64,000 nucleotides of DNA from Pseudomonadota bacterium. Lineage in GTDB: Bacteria; Pseudomonadota; Gammaproteobacteria; Burkholderiales; Eutrophovitaceae. The stretch covers positions 139,752 to 203,751 of the forward strand of contig JAQBTV010000001.1 in assembly GCA_027624715.1 (NCBI GenBank). Reading direction: 5' to 3'. This document shows, piece by piece, positions 32,341 through 44,265 of the stretch; position 1 is the first letter of the stretch; every line of letters begins with the position of its first letter. Below the pieces are notes generated by a model. The model had not been told where the DNA came from. It did no database searches and saw only the letters and a program-made list of their open reading frames with translations. Both the position numbers and the translations under genes were made by a program.

Positions 32341-35300
32341 TCAAGCAGCTTTGCGCTTTTCTCCTCCAGCACGGTATTCGTCAAGCAAGACTTGCCATGA
32401 TTGCTTCACCTGAATGACACTAGCTTCTTTAATATGTCCAAAGCCACGTATCTCCTCCGGCAAGAATAGGAGCTTCTTAGCCACCTCAATATTTGTTTGA
32501 TCCACGGTGTCGGCAATCTCTTCAACCAATAAACGATAATCCTCAATGAGTTGACGCTCCATCTTTCTCTCAGCAGTCCATCCAAAAACGTCAAAAACCG
32601 TACCACGCAAAAACTTTAAACCGGATAGAACTTTGAACACTCCAAAAACCCATGGACCAAACTCTTTTTTCTTAAGATGCCCGGTTTCAGAATCTTTTTT
32701 AGCGAAAAGGGGCGGAGCGAGATGATATCTAATCTTATAGTTTCCCTCGAAGAGCAGTCCTACCTTTTTTTGAAATACGCCGTTAGAGTAAAGTCTGCCC
32801 ACTTCATATTCGTCTTTATACGCCATCAGCTTAAAGTAGTAACGCGCCACGATCTCCGTGAGCCCATCAAGCCTCGTCCCAGATTCTTCTCTGAGCCGCA
32901 CCCTATCAACTAAACTCCGATACTGTTTCGCATAATCTACATTTTGATAGTCAGTTAGAAAATTAAATCTCTTCTGCACGATCTCATCAAGAGTTTGCGA
33001 TTGTTGCTCCTCCGTCTGACTGTGTACAACTTTGGGCTTCAATAACCGCTCTACTGTTGCCATATCGACACTGGCTCGTCGCCCCCACAGAAACGCCGTC
33101 TTATTCATGTCGACCGATGCTCCATTCATCTCTATTGCTCGATTGATGGCTTCGTGACCCAAAGGTAATAAACCTTTTTGATAGGCGTATCCGAGCATAA
33201 ACATATTCGTCGCAATCGAATTACCCATTAAGGAGGTAGCGATACGAGTTGCCTCTACGAACTCAACATTATCTCCACTTAATCGATTGCGAATTGTCTC
33301 TCTCAGGTCATTTCTCGGGAATTGATAATTTTTGTCGCGGGTAAAAGCACCAGTCATCTGCTCATGCACATTAACAATGGCAAATGTCTTACCGCTTTGA
33401 CCCACCTCCATCGTCTTTACACTCGCCGTCGTCACAAAATCACAACCCAGAATCAACGAAGCACCAGCAAAGCCAAGGCGAGCTGCTTTCAAATCTTCCT
33501 GACGTTTTGCAATCTGCAGATGACTCCAAACGGCGCCTCCTTTTTGAGCAAGACCCGCCATATCCATGCCGGCAAAGGACTTACTCTCTAGATGAGCCGC
33601 CATACCAACAATTGCGCCTATGGTTACAACACCCGTCCCACCGATACCATTCACAAGGATCCCGTACGGCTGATCCAAAGATGGTAAAACTGGATCCAAC
33701 AAAACTTGAAATAGATCTGCCTTTTCAGTGTTAGATATCACGCCTTGACCCTTTTTCAAAGCTCCGCCGTGAACTGTGACAAAGCTTGGACAAAATCCCT
33801 TAACGCAAGAAAAATCCTTATTGCAAGAGGACTGGTCAATTGATCGCTTTCGGCCGAACTCAGTTTCAAGCGGGGTAACCGACACACAGTTCGACTGAAC
33901 ACCGCAATCGCCACAACCCTCACAGACCAAATCATTGATCAGTGCTCTTTTAGCCGGATCAGGAAACGTTCCTCTTTTGCGCCGGCGCCTCTTCTCCGAG
34001 GCGCAGGTCTGGTCATAAACGATTACTGAAACCCCTGGAACTTCGCGAATCTGTTTTTGAACTCGGTCATAGTCATCCCGATGATGAACTGTAACTCCCT
34101 CAGCGAATCCTGGGTTGGAACCATATTTATCAGGTTCATCCGTAACCACTACAACTTTAGTCACACCTTCAGCCGCGACTTGGCGCGTTACTTGCGGCAC
34201 TGTTAATTGACCATCGACAGGCTGCCCCCCAGTCATGGCAACAGCATCATTAAACAAGATTTTATAGGTCATGTTAGCTCCCGAGGCGACCGCCGCCCTC
34301 AGTGCTAAGAACCCGGAATGAAAATATGTGCCGTCACCAATATTTTGGAAAACATGGGGCGTATCCACAAAGTGAGACTCGCCGATCCAACTCGCCCCCT
34401 CTCCCCCCATTTGTGTGTATCCAGTCGTATTACGGTCCATCGATTGCGCCATAAAGTGACAACCTATCCCAGACAGGGCGACAGAACCTTCTGGTACCTT
34501 TGTTCCCGTACTATGGGGACAACCAGAACAAAAATAAGGGGTGCGTTCCATGGCTGGAACTTCAATAGACTCAAGAGCCATCGACCTTCTTCGGTTGAGT
34601 CGATCTTCAAGATCGCGATCATTCGTGAACTCTAATATGCGCTCTGCAATCGCAATCGCGATTTCATTAGGTTCGAGTGCGGCATTGGAGCGAAGCAATT
34701 CGCTACCCTGTTCATCTTTTTTACCAATAACAATAGGACGTTGCTCGAGTGAATATAAGATCTCTTTCACTTGAGGCTCTAAAAGGCCCCGCTTTTCTTC
34801 AACAACCAAAATCTTCTTAAGGCCGTTAGCAAACTGAGTAATCCCTATTGGCTCAAGTGGCCAGGTCATCCCGACTTTATAAACACTCAAACCCAGTTGT
34901 TTCGCGCGCTGGTCATCAATACCCAAATAGTGCAACGCTTGCCTTACATCAAGGTACGATTTACCGCAAGTAATGATACCCAAGACATCATTCTCACCTT
35001 TAAACTCAACTCTATCGATTCCATTAGCTCGCACAAAGGCTTTGACCGCTTCAATCTTATATTTATGAAGGCGTCTTTCCTGCTCCATAGGTAGATCTGG
35101 AAAGCGAAGGCTAAGGCCTCCCTCAGGCATTTCAAAATCGGCGGGCTGAACCACCTGTACTCTATCTTCACCGACGTCAACGGTTGCGCTTGCATCAATC
35201 GTATCCTTCATGCACTTGAGACCTACCCACGTACCGGAATATCGGGAAAGCGCCCAGCCATACAACCCGTAATCCAACAACTCCTGAATCCCAGCTGGAT

Positions 35301-35814
35301 TCAAGATGGGTATCATTGCATTGATCAATGCAAATTCACTTTGATGCAAGGTGGTCGATGATTCACCCGTATGATCGTCCCCCATCAAAGCGAGGACACC
35401 ACCATTTGGATGAGTTCCAGCCAAATTCGCATGTACAAAAATATCGCCCGATCGATCTACTCCTGGCCCCTTGCCATACCAAATACCAAACACACCATCG
35501 TATTTAGCCTCGCCATGCAGCCCGGCCTGCTGTGTACCCCACAGCGCGGTTGCAGCAAGGTCTTCGTTAACACCTGACTGAAACACAATATTGTGATTCT
35601 TAAGATGCTTCTTCGCAATCCAAAGCTGTTGATCAAACTGTCCTAATGGGCTACCCCGATAGCCTGAGATATAGCCAGCGGTATTCAATCCGATCTTTTT
35701 ATCTCTTGCACGCTGCATCAAAGGCAATCGTACCAATGCTTGGGTTCCGTTGAGAAAGATACGACCTTCCTCAACAATATACTTGTCCTCTAGGGCCACA
35801 TCTCTGAGTTTCAT
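32341..35814 (-). CDS. Indolepyruvate:ferredoxin oxidoreductase family protein (fused alpha/beta)
   Basis: 1157 aa; TPP-binding region (GDGTYFHSG) and CxxCxxC ferredoxin-like motif (CEGCGDCG). The size is typical of the fused Ior-like proteins. Confidence 0.85.
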   Translation of the reverse strand: MKLRDVALEDKYIVEEGRIFLNGTQALVRLPLMQRARDKKIGLNTAGYISGYRGSPLGQFDQQLWIAKKHLKNHNIVFQSGVNEDLAATALWGTQQAGLHGEAKYDGVFGIWYGKGPGVDRSGDIFVHANLAGTHPNGGVLALMGDDHTGESSTTLHQSEFALINAMIPILNPAGIQELLDYGLYGWALSRYSGTWVGLKCMKDTIDASATVDVGEDRVQVVQPADFEMPEGGLSLRFPDLPMEQERRLHKYKIEAVKAFVRANGIDRVEFKGENDVLGIITCGKSYLDVRQALHYLGIDDQRAKQLGLSVYKVGMTWPLEPIGITQFANGLKKILVVEEKRGLLEPQVKEILYSLEQRPIVIGKKDEQGSELLRSNAALEPNEIAIAIAERILEFTNDRDLEDRLNRRRSMALESIEVPAMERTPYFCSGCPHSTGTKVPEGSVALSGIGCHFMAQSMDRNTTGYTQMGGEGASWIGESHFVDTPHVFQNIGDGTYFHSGFLALRAAVASGANMTYKILFNDAVAMTGGQPVDGQLTVPQVTRQVAAEGVTKVVVVTDEPDKYGSNPGFAEGVTVHHRDDYDRVQKQIREVPGVSVIVYDQTCASEKRRRRKRGTFPDPAKRALINDLVCEGCGDCGVQSNCVSVTPLETEFGRKRSIDQSSCNKDFSCVKGFCPSFVTVHGGALKKGQGVISNTEKADLFQVLLDPVLPSLDQPYGILVNGIGGTGVVTIGAIVGMAAHLESKSFAGMDMAGLAQKGGAVWSHLQIAKRQEDLKAARLGFAGASLILGCDFVTTASVKTMEVGQSGKTFAIVNVHEQMTGAFTRDKNYQFPRNDLRETIRNRLSGDNVEFVEATRIATSLMGNSIATNMFMLGYAYQKGLLPLGHEAINRAIEMNGASVDMNKTAFLWGRRASVDMATVERLLKPKVVHSQTEEQQSQTLDEIVQKRFNFLTDYQNVDYAKQYRSLVDRVRLREESGTRLDGLTEIVARYYFKLMAYKDEYEVGRLYSNGVFQKKVGLLFEGNYKIRYHLAPPLFAKKDSETGHLKKKEFGPWVFGVFKVLSGLKFLRGTVFDVFGWTAERKMERQLIEDYRLLVEEIADTVDQTNIEVAKKLLFLPEEIRGFGHIKEASVIQVKQSWQVLLDEYRAGGEKRKAA

Positions 35815-36024
35815 AACCAGCCAAAGCTCCCTTTTAATTGAACTACCACATAAATTATTAAGTATCAGTTTTGCATCTAAAAACTTGAATATGTGGGAAC
35901 ATCTCGCGTTCTGTCTATATTTTTTATAATCGTATCACAATAAATTCTCGTCCGACCCAATTGGATCTCCAAGGTATAATCACTATAAAATCACAATACT
36001 ACTAGAATCAAGGCTAAGCTAGAA

Positions 36025-36273
36025 ATGTCAGAGGAATTAGATATCCCAATAGACTTATCGCTCGATGTAAAAGGGCTTAACTGTCCACTTCCCATACTGA
36101 AAACAAAAAAAGCACTTCAGGAAATCGGTGTCGGACAAGTGCTGGAGGTGTTTACAACTGATCCGGGATCGGTTCCAGACTTTCATGCATTTTGCCGGCA
36201 AACGGGTCACGACTTAATCGACACGACAGAAGCAGAGGCCAGTTACCGATTTTTGATCCGGAAAAGTAAGTGA
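36025..36273 (+). CDS. TusA-family sulfurtransferase
   Basis: 82 aa; DVKGLNCPLPILKTKKAL motif containing the active-site Cys-Pro. Confidence 0.75.
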   Translation: MSEELDIPIDLSLDVKGLNCPLPILKTKKALQEIGVGQVLEVFTTDPGSVPDFHAFCRQTGHDLIDTTEAEASYRFLIRKSK

Positions 36274-36404
36274 TTTCAATCGATGAGGTAGGTGTAATTA
36301 CAAAAAATTTCGTGTTTGCGGGGTCCGCTATTTTCGTGACAAAGGCCCTCTTGCGAAAGCAGCGCTAAAAAACCTCCGTCAATTTACCCGATTGAGATAA
36401 GTAT

Positions 36405-36857
36405 CTAAAAAGGAATATCATCCTCGAGGTCATCTAAGCCGCCAGAAAATTCGCCAGGACCAGATGCAGCGGACCCCTTACTAGGTGATTGGTTGCCACC
36501 AAAATCTCCACCACCAGAGCCTGACCGAGACCCCAACATTTGCATCCGGTCCGCTATAACCTCGGTGGTATATTTCTCCTGACCTTCCTTGTCTGTCCAC
36601 TTTCTAGTTTGTAAGCGCCCCTCAAAATAAGCCTGTGACCCTTTCTTAAGATACTCGCCAGCAACCTCTGCCAATCGACCAAAAATAACGATTCTGTGCC
36701 ATTCTGTCTTCTCTTGACGCTCACCACCCTTATCCTTCCAAGTATCCGTTGTCGCAATACTTAAGCTAACCATTGCGTCTCCGCTTGGCATACGACGAAC
36801 TTCAGGATCTCTCCCGAGATTTCCAACAAGAATGACCTTATTTACGGAAGCCATCAA
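36405..36857 (-). CDS. ssb: Single-stranded DNA-binding protein
   Basis: 150 aa; OB-fold N-terminus [15 protein letters not shown], Gly-rich linker, acidic tail DDDIPF. Confidence 0.95.
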   Translation of the reverse strand: MMASVNKVILVGNLGRDPEVRRMPSGDAMVSLSIATTDTWKDKGGERQEKTEWHRIVIFGRLAEVAGEYLKKGSQAYFEGRLQTRKWTDKEGQEKYTTEVIADRMQMLGSRSGSGGGDFGGNQSPSKGSAASGPGEFSGGLDDLEDDIPF

Positions 36858-36985
36858 CTTTCTCCTGTTTCTAAAACTGTGATTTCACGATGGGCGCAGG
36901 CCTTTTCAGACCGATCAACAACCTCATCAGCGCTTGAGCCCTTACTGTAACGCCTTTAACTCATATGCGCTATAGCCAAAATAAT

Positions 36986-38167
36986 CTATTGTCTAACTCG
37001 GCTACCTGGATCCGACATTTTTGCCGACGCAAGCAACCATACCAACGCCCAAACAGCACAAAATATGAAGACCTCTTGTCCTGAATAATGCTGATATGTC
37101 CAGCCTCCAGCTACTCCCCCAATAAACGTTCCCAGATACTGACTAGTACTGTAGGCGCCTAACGCCGCACCCTTAGACTTGGAATCCGCCACACGTGAAA
37201 CCCAAGCAGGAAGGGACGCCTCCAATAAATTAAAAGCACCAAAAAACATGACCAATGCTAGACCGAGGCCCAGTTGACCAAAATCAAATACACCAAGCAG
37301 CAGCTCTGCCAAGATGATAATCATGATACTGAGTAGAAATATAACTTTTCGATGTCCAAATTTTTCCGACACCACCATCAATGGCACCATAATAAAAATG
37401 CTAGACACCATCACAGCAAGATAGAATTGCCAAGCAATTAATGCCCCTTGTAAGCGAGAGAGAATAAACGGTAAGGATACAAACATTGCCATCAAGATTC
37501 CATGTAATGAAAATATCCCAAAATCAAGCCTGAGCAAATCTCGATCACACAAAATTACTTGTAATTTAATGGAAGAATCCTCCTCACGTTTACCTATCGG
37601 TTCCGGGTCAGGTACGTAGAAGTAAACAACCGCTATCGATAAACAAGTCAAAAGCGCCGTAATTAAAAATATACCCTGAAGTCCGACAAATCCATCCAGC
37701 ACCGGACCCAACACAATAGATAAGACAAAGGTAAAGCCAATCGTAATGCCGATGATCGCCATTGCCTTAGTACGTACTTCGTCCCTGGTGAGGTCGGCGT
37801 TCAGCGCGATCACTGCCGATGAGACAGCGCCTGCTCCCTGAATAGCACGTCCAATACACAATATGAGCAGTGAGTCCGCACAAGCGGCAACGAGACTTCC
37901 CATAATAAATATACACAGCCCGAGGTATATCGTCTTTTTCCGACCCCAAAAATCAGATAAGCGCCCCAGCGGAATCTGAAAGATAGCTTGAGTTAAACCG
38001 TAAATACCTATCACCAAACCAATGAGCGTTGCGCTCTCACCCCCCGGCAAGGTATCTGCATATAACGCGACCACCGGAAGGATCACGAATAACCCAAACA
38101 TACGTAAACTAAACACGCCCGCCAATCCGATGGTGGCTCTTCGTTCGCTTTGGGTGAAGCTTGTCAT
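36986..38167 (-). CDS. MFS transporter
   Basis: 393 aa, about 12 TM helices; MFS loop motif GRLSDFWGRKK. Confidence 0.8.
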   Translation of the reverse strand: MTSFTQSERRATIGLAGVFSLRMFGLFVILPVVALYADTLPGGESATLIGLVIGIYGLTQAIFQIPLGRLSDFWGRKKTIYLGLCIFIMGSLVAACADSLLILCIGRAIQGAGAVSSAVIALNADLTRDEVRTKAMAIIGITIGFTFVLSIVLGPVLDGFVGLQGIFLITALLTCLSIAVVYFYVPDPEPIGKREEDSSIKLQVILCDRDLLRLDFGIFSLHGILMAMFVSLPFILSRLQGALIAWQFYLAVMVSSIFIMVPLMVVSEKFGHRKVIFLLSIMIIILAELLLGVFDFGQLGLGLALVMFFGAFNLLEASLPAWVSRVADSKSKGAALGAYSTSQYLGTFIGGVAGGWTYQHYSGQEVFIFCAVWALVWLLASAKMSDPGSRVRQ

Positions 38168-38283
38168 TGAATAATTTTTAAGATTCTTAGGGGTAAATTA
38201 GAAGTTAATGCGGTATAGTACCAGGTTACTCTTTTTCATTAGCACTCGTCGAATAAGTACATTATTCTGACCTAAACAGAACT

Positions 38284-41112
38284 ATGGATTCAATAAAAGT
38301 TAGGGGCGCTCGAACCCATAACCTCAAAAATATCGACGTCGATATCCCAAAAAATAAACTCGTGGTCTTTACAGGTTTATCGGGATCTGGGAAGTCATCT
38401 CTGGCATTTGATACTTTGTTCGCCGAAGGGCAACGTCGGTACATTGAATCTCTCTCAGCGTACGCACGTCAATTTTTAGAGGTATTAGAAAAGCCCGATG
38501 TCGATTCAATAGAGGGGCTGTCCCCCGCAATCGCAATCGAACAAAAATCCAAAAATAATAATCCACGCTCTACTGTAGGCACCGTAACAGAAATTCACGA
38601 TTACTTACGTCTCTTATATTCGAGAACTGGGGAACAGTACTGCCCGGAGCATCAGGAACCCTTAAAGGCATTTTCGATCTCAGAGATGATTGAATTTATT
38701 TTTGGGCTCGGGACAGATAAACGAATACTCATTTTGGCCCCAATAAAAAAAGCTAAAACGCAAACGACCACTAATCTTATCGAGCGCTTCAGAGCACAGG
38801 GGTTCTTTCGAATTCGCATCGACGGCGAACTCATTGACCTAGATGACCAGTCTGCGCCAAAAATTACGCATGAGAAAAAAGAAGTCCAACTCGTTATCGA
38901 TCGGCTCAAAATCTCTAGCGATTCAAAAGTACGGCTAGCAGAGTCCTTGGAAACCGCCCTGAGACAAAGCCCAGACGGCATATTAATACACGACATTGAA
39001 ACAGCTAAAGATTACAGCCTTTCGGCCATTTTTAGCTGTCCCAAATGCGACCACACCTCCCCCCCATTAAGCCCGAGGATGTTCTCGTTTAATCACCCAA
39101 GTGGTTCTTGCCCAGCTTGCGATGGCATTGGACAGTTAGAAATTTTTGACGTTGAAAAAATCATTGCTCACCCTTCGTTATCACTCGCCTCAGGGGCTAT
39201 CAGCGGCTGGGACAGAAGAAATAAATTCTTCTTTGATATGCTGTCTAGCTTGAGTAAATATTATGATTTTGACCTAAATGCGCCCTATGAAAATTTGCCG
39301 AACGACGTGCAAGAGGTGGTGCTCTATGGATCTGGTAAAAAGAAAATAAAATTTTATTACCATGGAAAAAATGGCGAGATCCAAATTGAAAATCACACTT
39401 TTGAAGGTGTCATAAAGAACTTTAATCGACGCTATACGGAAACTAAAGAAGAAGCGGTCAAAGAGGAATTGGCGAAGTTTATTAGCCTAAGAAGTTGTCC
39501 CGACTGCTCAGGCTCTCGACTAAGACCAGAGGCCAGGAATGTACGAGTCAATGGACTTAGCATCGCAGAAGTAAATGCAATGCCGCTGACTGACGCCAAA
39601 AAATTTTTTGAAGCCTTAATTGATCACTCACAAACAAAGGTTATCGCAGAAAGAGTGATCACCGAAATCATCAATCGCCTGGCGTTTCTCATTGACGTCG
39701 GCTTGGGATACCTCTCTCTACAAAGAAAATCTGGGACACTTTCTGGAGGAGAATCCCAACGTATTAGACTCGCCTCGCAGATTGGGGCTGGACTAAGTGG
39801 CGTGATGTACGTCTTGGATGAACCCTCCATTGGGCTGCATCAAAGAGACAATCAACGACTCATTGAATCCATTAAAAAACTCAGAGATTTAGGCAATACC
39901 GTAATCGTAGTGGAGCACGACCAGGAAACAATCATTCAAGCGGATTACGTTATTGACATCGGCCCCGGATCCGGAGAGTCAGGAGGCCAAATCGTGTTTA
40001 AAGGTACGCCAGCACATATACTGAATGATCCCAAATCAGTGACGGGACCTTACTTAGCCGGCACAAAAAAAATATACGAATTTCCCAATAAGCTTATCAC
40101 CCCATCAACGCCAACCATCAGGCTGACTGGCGCAAGGGCTAACAACTTAAATGAGGTAGACCTTGAAATACCCCTGGGAGTATTCGTATGTATAACTGGC
40201 GTTTCGGGGTCAGGGAAATCCACTCTAATCAATGATACTTTCGTTCCCGCTATAGCTCGCTTACTTGGAGACCGAACAAAAGGCGAATACCTCTACGATG
40301 AAATTACAGAGACTAGTGAAATCAAACATCTTGTAAACGTCGATCAAAGTGCGATCGGTAGAAGTCCCCGATCAAATCCGGCTACCTATACCGGAATGTT
40401 TAACACAATCAGAGAATTATTCTCGCAAGTGCCTCTCGCTCGAGAAAGAGGTTACACCTCCGGCCGGTTTTCATTCAATATAAGGGGAGGTCGATGCGAA
40501 ACCTGTCAAGGCGAAGGTAGTCGACGAATAGAGTTGCATTTTTTACCTGACGTTTTTGTGACCTGCGAAGTTTGCCAAGGGCAACGCTATAGCCAGGCGA
40601 CATTAGACATCAATTACAAGGGAAAAAGTATTTATGATGTCCTTGAAATGGGCGTCAAAGAAGCTTTAACCTTCTTCTCGTCAGTACCCAGCATAAAGCG
40701 TAAACTTTCGATACTCGACGAGGTAGGCCTCGGTTATATGACTTTGGGGCAAAGTGCGACAACGCTATCAGGTGGCGAAGCACAAAGGGTTAAGCTCGCA
40801 AGTGAATTATCTAGACGAAACTCTGGAAAAACACTCTACGTACTAGACGAACCCACTACGGGACTGCATTTCAGTGACATCTCCTGGCTTCTCCACATAT
40901 TAGTTAAACTCAGAGATCAGGGAAACTCAATTGTGGTAATCGAACATAATTTAGACATAATCAAGCGAGCCGACTGGGTCATAGACCTCGGACCAGAAGG
41001 TGGCAATCTCGGGGGAAACATCATCGCTCAAGGAACCCCTGAGCAAATAGCCAAAGTCAAAGGTAGCTATACCGGACACTTTTTGAAACGAATTTTTAAA
41101 ACTCAAAAATGA
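38284..41112 (+). CDS. uvrA: Excinuclease ABC subunit A
   Basis: 942 aa; two ABC modules (GLSGSGKSS and GVSGSGKST), zinc-finger Cys clusters, two LSGGE signatures. Confidence 0.97.
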   Translation: MDSIKVRGARTHNLKNIDVDIPKNKLVVFTGLSGSGKSSLAFDTLFAEGQRRYIESLSAYARQFLEVLEKPDVDSIEGLSPAIAIEQKSKNNNPRSTVGTVTEIHDYLRLLYSRTGEQYCPEHQEPLKAFSISEMIEFIFGLGTDKRILILAPIKKAKTQTTTNLIERFRAQGFFRIRIDGELIDLDDQSAPKITHEKKEVQLVIDRLKISSDSKVRLAESLETALRQSPDGILIHDIETAKDYSLSAIFSCPKCDHTSPPLSPRMFSFNHPSGSCPACDGIGQLEIFDVEKIIAHPSLSLASGAISGWDRRNKFFFDMLSSLSKYYDFDLNAPYENLPNDVQEVVLYGSGKKKIKFYYHGKNGEIQIENHTFEGVIKNFNRRYTETKEEAVKEELAKFISLRSCPDCSGSRLRPEARNVRVNGLSIAEVNAMPLTDAKKFFEALIDHSQTKVIAERVITEIINRLAFLIDVGLGYLSLQRKSGTLSGGESQRIRLASQIGAGLSGVMYVLDEPSIGLHQRDNQRLIESIKKLRDLGNTVIVVEHDQETIIQADYVIDIGPGSGESGGQIVFKGTPAHILNDPKSVTGPYLAGTKKIYEFPNKLITPSTPTIRLTGARANNLNEVDLEIPLGVFVCITGVSGSGKSTLINDTFVPAIARLLGDRTKGEYLYDEITETSEIKHLVNVDQSAIGRSPRSNPATYTGMFNTIRELFSQVPLARERGYTSGRFSFNIRGGRCETCQGEGSRRIELHFLPDVFVTCEVCQGQRYSQATLDINYKGKSIYDVLEMGVKEALTFFSSVPSIKRKLSILDEVGLGYMTLGQSATTLSGGEAQRVKLASELSRRNSGKTLYVLDEPTTGLHFSDISWLLHILVKLRDQGNSIVVIEHNLDIIKRADWVIDLGPEGGNLGGNIIAQGTPEQIAKVKGSYTGHFLKRIFKTQK

Positions 41113-41167
41113 CCGGATAGCGAGAGATCAAAAAAACCTAAAAATTGGTCAGCCTTAATAATTACAG

Positions 41168-41566
41168 TTACTCCTCAACAACGTCTTTTGCGGCAGCGGC
41201 ATCCAACTCAGGACGATCCATCAACTGCACCAACGCCATGGGTGCATTATCTCCTTGCCTAAAACCGTATTTGAGAATTCGCAAATATCCCCCATTACGA
41301 GAAGCATATCGAGGACCGAGCTCTTCAAACAGTTTCCCAACAATCTCTCTATCACGCAAACGCGAAAAAGCTAATCTACGATTCGCTACGGTAGCCTTTT
41401 TACCAAGCGTAATGATCGGCTCAGCAACGCGACGCAACTCCTTCGCTTTTGGGAGGGTCGTTTTTATAACTTCATGGCGCAATAATGAATTCGCCATATT
41501 CCGAAACATCGCCTCCCGATGAGAGGAAGTGCGATTAAGTTTTCGAAGTCCAAGCCTATGTCGCAT
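41168..41566 (-). CDS. rplQ: 50S ribosomal protein L17
   Basis: [17 protein letters not shown] start; last gene of the alpha operon. Confidence 0.95.
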   Translation of the reverse strand: MRHRLGLRKLNRTSSHREAMFRNMANSLLRHEVIKTTLPKAKELRRVAEPIITLGKKATVANRRLAFSRLRDREIVGKLFEELGPRYASRNGGYLRILKYGFRQGDNAPMALVQLMDRPELDAAAAKDVVEE

Positions 41567-41612
41567 GGGGTAATTCCTTCCTTGTTTTAACTAAGTCGCG
41601 ATAGATGAAGGC

Positions 41613-42590
41613 TTAAGCCCGCTCTGAACGAGACTCCGGCCAACTATCTACTTTCATACCAAGAGATAACCCTCTTGACGCGAGAACGTCCTTAATTTCA
41701 TTCAATGATTTTCGACCGAGATTCGGTGTCTTTAACAACTCATTCTCCGTACGCTGAATCAAATCACCAATGTAATAAATACTCTCAGCCTTCAGACAAT
41801 TTGCTGAACGCACTGTCAATTCTAAATCATCTACTGGTCGCAAAAACGCTGGGTCAATATCTGGCTGTTGTGGAACGATTTCTTCTGCAAAGGTACCCTG
41901 CAGATCAGCAAAACTTGAGAGCTGATCCATTAAAATTCGAGCCGCAAAACGAACTGACTCTTCTGGATCAACAGACCCATTAGTCTCGATGTCCATCACA
42001 AGCTTATCAAGGTCTGTTCGTTGCTCCACACGAGCACTCTCGACCGCGTAGCTTACTTTTGTCACTGGACTGAACGATGCGTCAAGCAAGAGGCTACCAA
42101 TAACTCGGTTTTCATCAACATCATTCAAACGTGCGTTAGCTGGAACATATCCACGACCACCCTGCACTCTGATTTCCATGCTGATCTTTCCACCAGGAGC
42201 TAGGTGAGCGATCACGTGCTCAGGATTGATAATGTCTACGTCACTACTGCCCTCAATATCCGCAGCGGTGACAGCACCTTCACCCACTTTAGAAAGTGTT
42301 AAGGTAATTTCGTCTCGATTATGTAGCCTGAGAATTATTCCTTTAAGGTTAAGCAAAATGTCTACAACATCCTCCTGCACACCGTCAAGAGTTGAGTACT
42401 CATGCAGCACACCATCTATCTTTACTTCGGTGGGCGCAAAGCCAGGCAAGGACGACAAAAGTATCCTGCGCAAAGCATTACCCAACGTGTGCCCAAAACC
42501 TCGCTCAAATGGCTCCATTACCACTTTAGCTTGCCCAGGGGCAATCAGTCTTACATCAATAATTTTTGGCTTCAAAAAGCTATTAAGCAT
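41613..42590 (-). CDS. rpoA: DNA-directed RNA polymerase subunit alpha
   Basis: 325 aa; [25 protein letters not shown] and the C-terminal-domain motif [11 protein letters not shown]. Confidence 0.97.
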   Translation of the reverse strand: MLNSFLKPKIIDVRLIAPGQAKVVMEPFERGFGHTLGNALRRILLSSLPGFAPTEVKIDGVLHEYSTLDGVQEDVVDILLNLKGIILRLHNRDEITLTLSKVGEGAVTAADIEGSSDVDIINPEHVIAHLAPGGKISMEIRVQGGRGYVPANARLNDVDENRVIGSLLLDASFSPVTKVSYAVESARVEQRTDLDKLVMDIETNGSVDPEESVRFAARILMDQLSSFADLQGTFAEEIVPQQPDIDPAFLRPVDDLELTVRSANCLKAESIYYIGDLIQRTENELLKTPNLGRKSLNEIKDVLASRGLSLGMKVDSWPESRSERA

Positions 42591-42660
42591 CTATTCGACC
42601 CTTTTCAAAAGTTTCGAAAAAAAATTCGCGGAGCTAACTTACTCCACACGTAGTTCAAAA

Positions 42661-43287
42661 TTACTTAGAGTACAATTCAACGACCAATGACTCATTGATA
42701 GTTGAAGACAAATCAGCCCGTTGCGGTATAGATTTGAAAGTCCCCTTAAGCCCTTTTACATCGACTTCCACCCAGTCAGAAAAACCTCTTCCTTCTGCAG
42801 CTTCCAAAGAGGCCTTAACCCTGAGATGAGTTTTTGCCTTCTCTGCAATTTCGATAATGTCACCTGGCTTGACGATATAAGAAGGAATATTGACACGCCT
42901 TCCGTTCACCATCACACCATTGTGTCTGACCACTTGGCGTGCTTCAGTACGAGATGAACCAAAACCCATCCGCAAAGCTACTGAATCAAGACGACTTTCG
43001 AGATCTTGTAAGAGTGTTTCGCCCGTCACACCTTTGCGACGAGCAGCCTCTTTGTACGTTTTACGGAACTGTCGCTCAAGCACACCATAGATACGGCGTA
43101 TCTTTTGCTTTTCCCTTAGCTGTCGTCCGAATTCAGACATACGGCTACCCTTCTGCCCATGCTGCCCTGGAGGATAAGGTCGACGCTCAATACCACACTT
43201 ATCGGTGTAGCACTTCTCGCCTTTCAAAAAAAGTTTCTCCCCCTCTCGACGACATTGGCGACACTTAGGATCTGTATTTCTAGCCAT
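42661..43287 (-). CDS. rpsD: 30S ribosomal protein S4
   Basis: 208 aa; [19 protein letters not shown]-terminus. Confidence 0.95.
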   Translation of the reverse strand: MARNTDPKCRQCRREGEKLFLKGEKCYTDKCGIERRPYPPGQHGQKGSRMSEFGRQLREKQKIRRIYGVLERQFRKTYKEAARRKGVTGETLLQDLESRLDSVALRMGFGSSRTEARQVVRHNGVMVNGRRVNIPSYIVKPGDIIEIAEKAKTHLRVKASLEAAEGRGFSDWVEVDVKGLKGTFKSIPQRADLSSTINESLVVELYSK

Positions 43288-43300
43288 AATTCATCGCTCC

Positions 43301-43690
43301 TTAAATTCTGCGTCGTTTTGGCGGACGACATCCATTATGTGGAACCGGAGTAACGTCTGAGATACTCGTGATCTTAAAGCCTACTGAGTTCAGAGCTCTA
43401 ACGGCAGACTCTCGGCCTGGACCCGGACCTTTAATTCGAACTTCGATATTTTTAACACCACATTCCTGAGCCATTTTCCCAGCAGCTTCTGCGGCAACCT
43501 GAGCAGCAAAGGGGGTACTTTTTCGAGACCCCTTAAAACCATTTGCACCTGAAGTAGACCAAGACAAAGCATTGCCCTGTCGGTCCGTAATCATGATGAT
43601 CGTGTTATTAAATGACGCGTGAATATGTGCGATACCTTCCGCGACATTTTTCTTTACCTTCTTGCGTGCTCTTGGTGTGTTTTTTGCCAT
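43301..43690 (-). CDS. rpsK: 30S ribosomal protein S11
   Basis: 129 aa; [14 protein letters not shown] motif. Confidence 0.95.
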   Translation of the reverse strand: MAKNTPRARKKVKKNVAEGIAHIHASFNNTIIMITDRQGNALSWSTSGANGFKGSRKSTPFAAQVAAEAAGKMAQECGVKNIEVRIKGPGPGRESAVRALNSVGFKITSISDVTPVPHNGCRPPKRRRI

Positions 43691-43747
43691 CCTAAAGTTC
43701 CATTCAGTCTAAGTGATTGGTTACATATAACGAGCTACTGCCTTACT

Positions 43748-44104
43748 CTATTTCCGAATCGCCCTTTTCGGACCCTTTCGGGTACGTGCATTAGTTTTCG
43801 TTCGCTGCCCTCTAACAGGTAATCCTTTTCGGTGTCGGGTTCCGCGATAAGTGCCAAGGTCCATCAAACGCTTGATGTTCATTGACACTTCTCGCCGAAG
43901 ATCACCCTCAACGACAAAGGTACCAATTTGCTCTCTAAGCTTTTCCATTTCATCACCAGACAAATCTTTTACCTTGACTGATGGTTCTATACCCGCCTTA
44001 GAGCACACCTCAAAAGCACGAGTTCGCCCTAAACCATAAATAGAAGTCAAAGCCACCCACGTGTGTTTTTGATCCGGAATATTAACGCCAGCTATACGAG
44101 CCAT
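43748..44104 (-). CDS. rpsM: 30S ribosomal protein S13
   Basis: 118 aa; [10 protein letters not shown] start. Confidence 0.95.
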   Translation of the reverse strand: MARIAGVNIPDQKHTWVALTSIYGLGRTRAFEVCSKAGIEPSVKVKDLSGDEMEKLREQIGTFVVEGDLRREVSMNIKRLMDLGTYRGTRHRKGLPVRGQRTKTNARTRKGPKRAIRK

Positions 44105-44139
44105 AATTTATCTCTTATAAAATTCATTGGTGGGTGTTC

Positions 44140-44253
44140 TTAACCTTGCCGCTGCTTGTGTCGGGGCTCTGTACAGATGACCCGAACAACATTATTTCGC
44201 CGAACGATCTTGCAATTGCGGCAAAGTTTTTTTACTGATGCTTTAACTTTCAT
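44140..44253 (-). CDS. rpmJ: 50S ribosomal protein L36 (Zn-ribbon form)
   Basis: Not in the ORF track (37 aa). Hand translation of the minus strand gives [42 protein letters not shown] sits upstream of the ATG, within the 12-nt gap after the secY stop. Confidence 0.9.
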   Translation of the reverse strand: MKVKASVKKLCRNCKIVRRNNVVRVICTEPRHKQRQG

Positions 44254-44265
44254 ACATTTTTCTCC

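Noticed and set aside
38168-38283. Expected LexA/SOS box in front of uvrA (and upstream of ssb at 36858-36985).
   Set aside because: I found no CTGT-N8-ACAG-type palindrome. The nearest match (ctgacctaaacag) has the wrong spacing. No claim is made.
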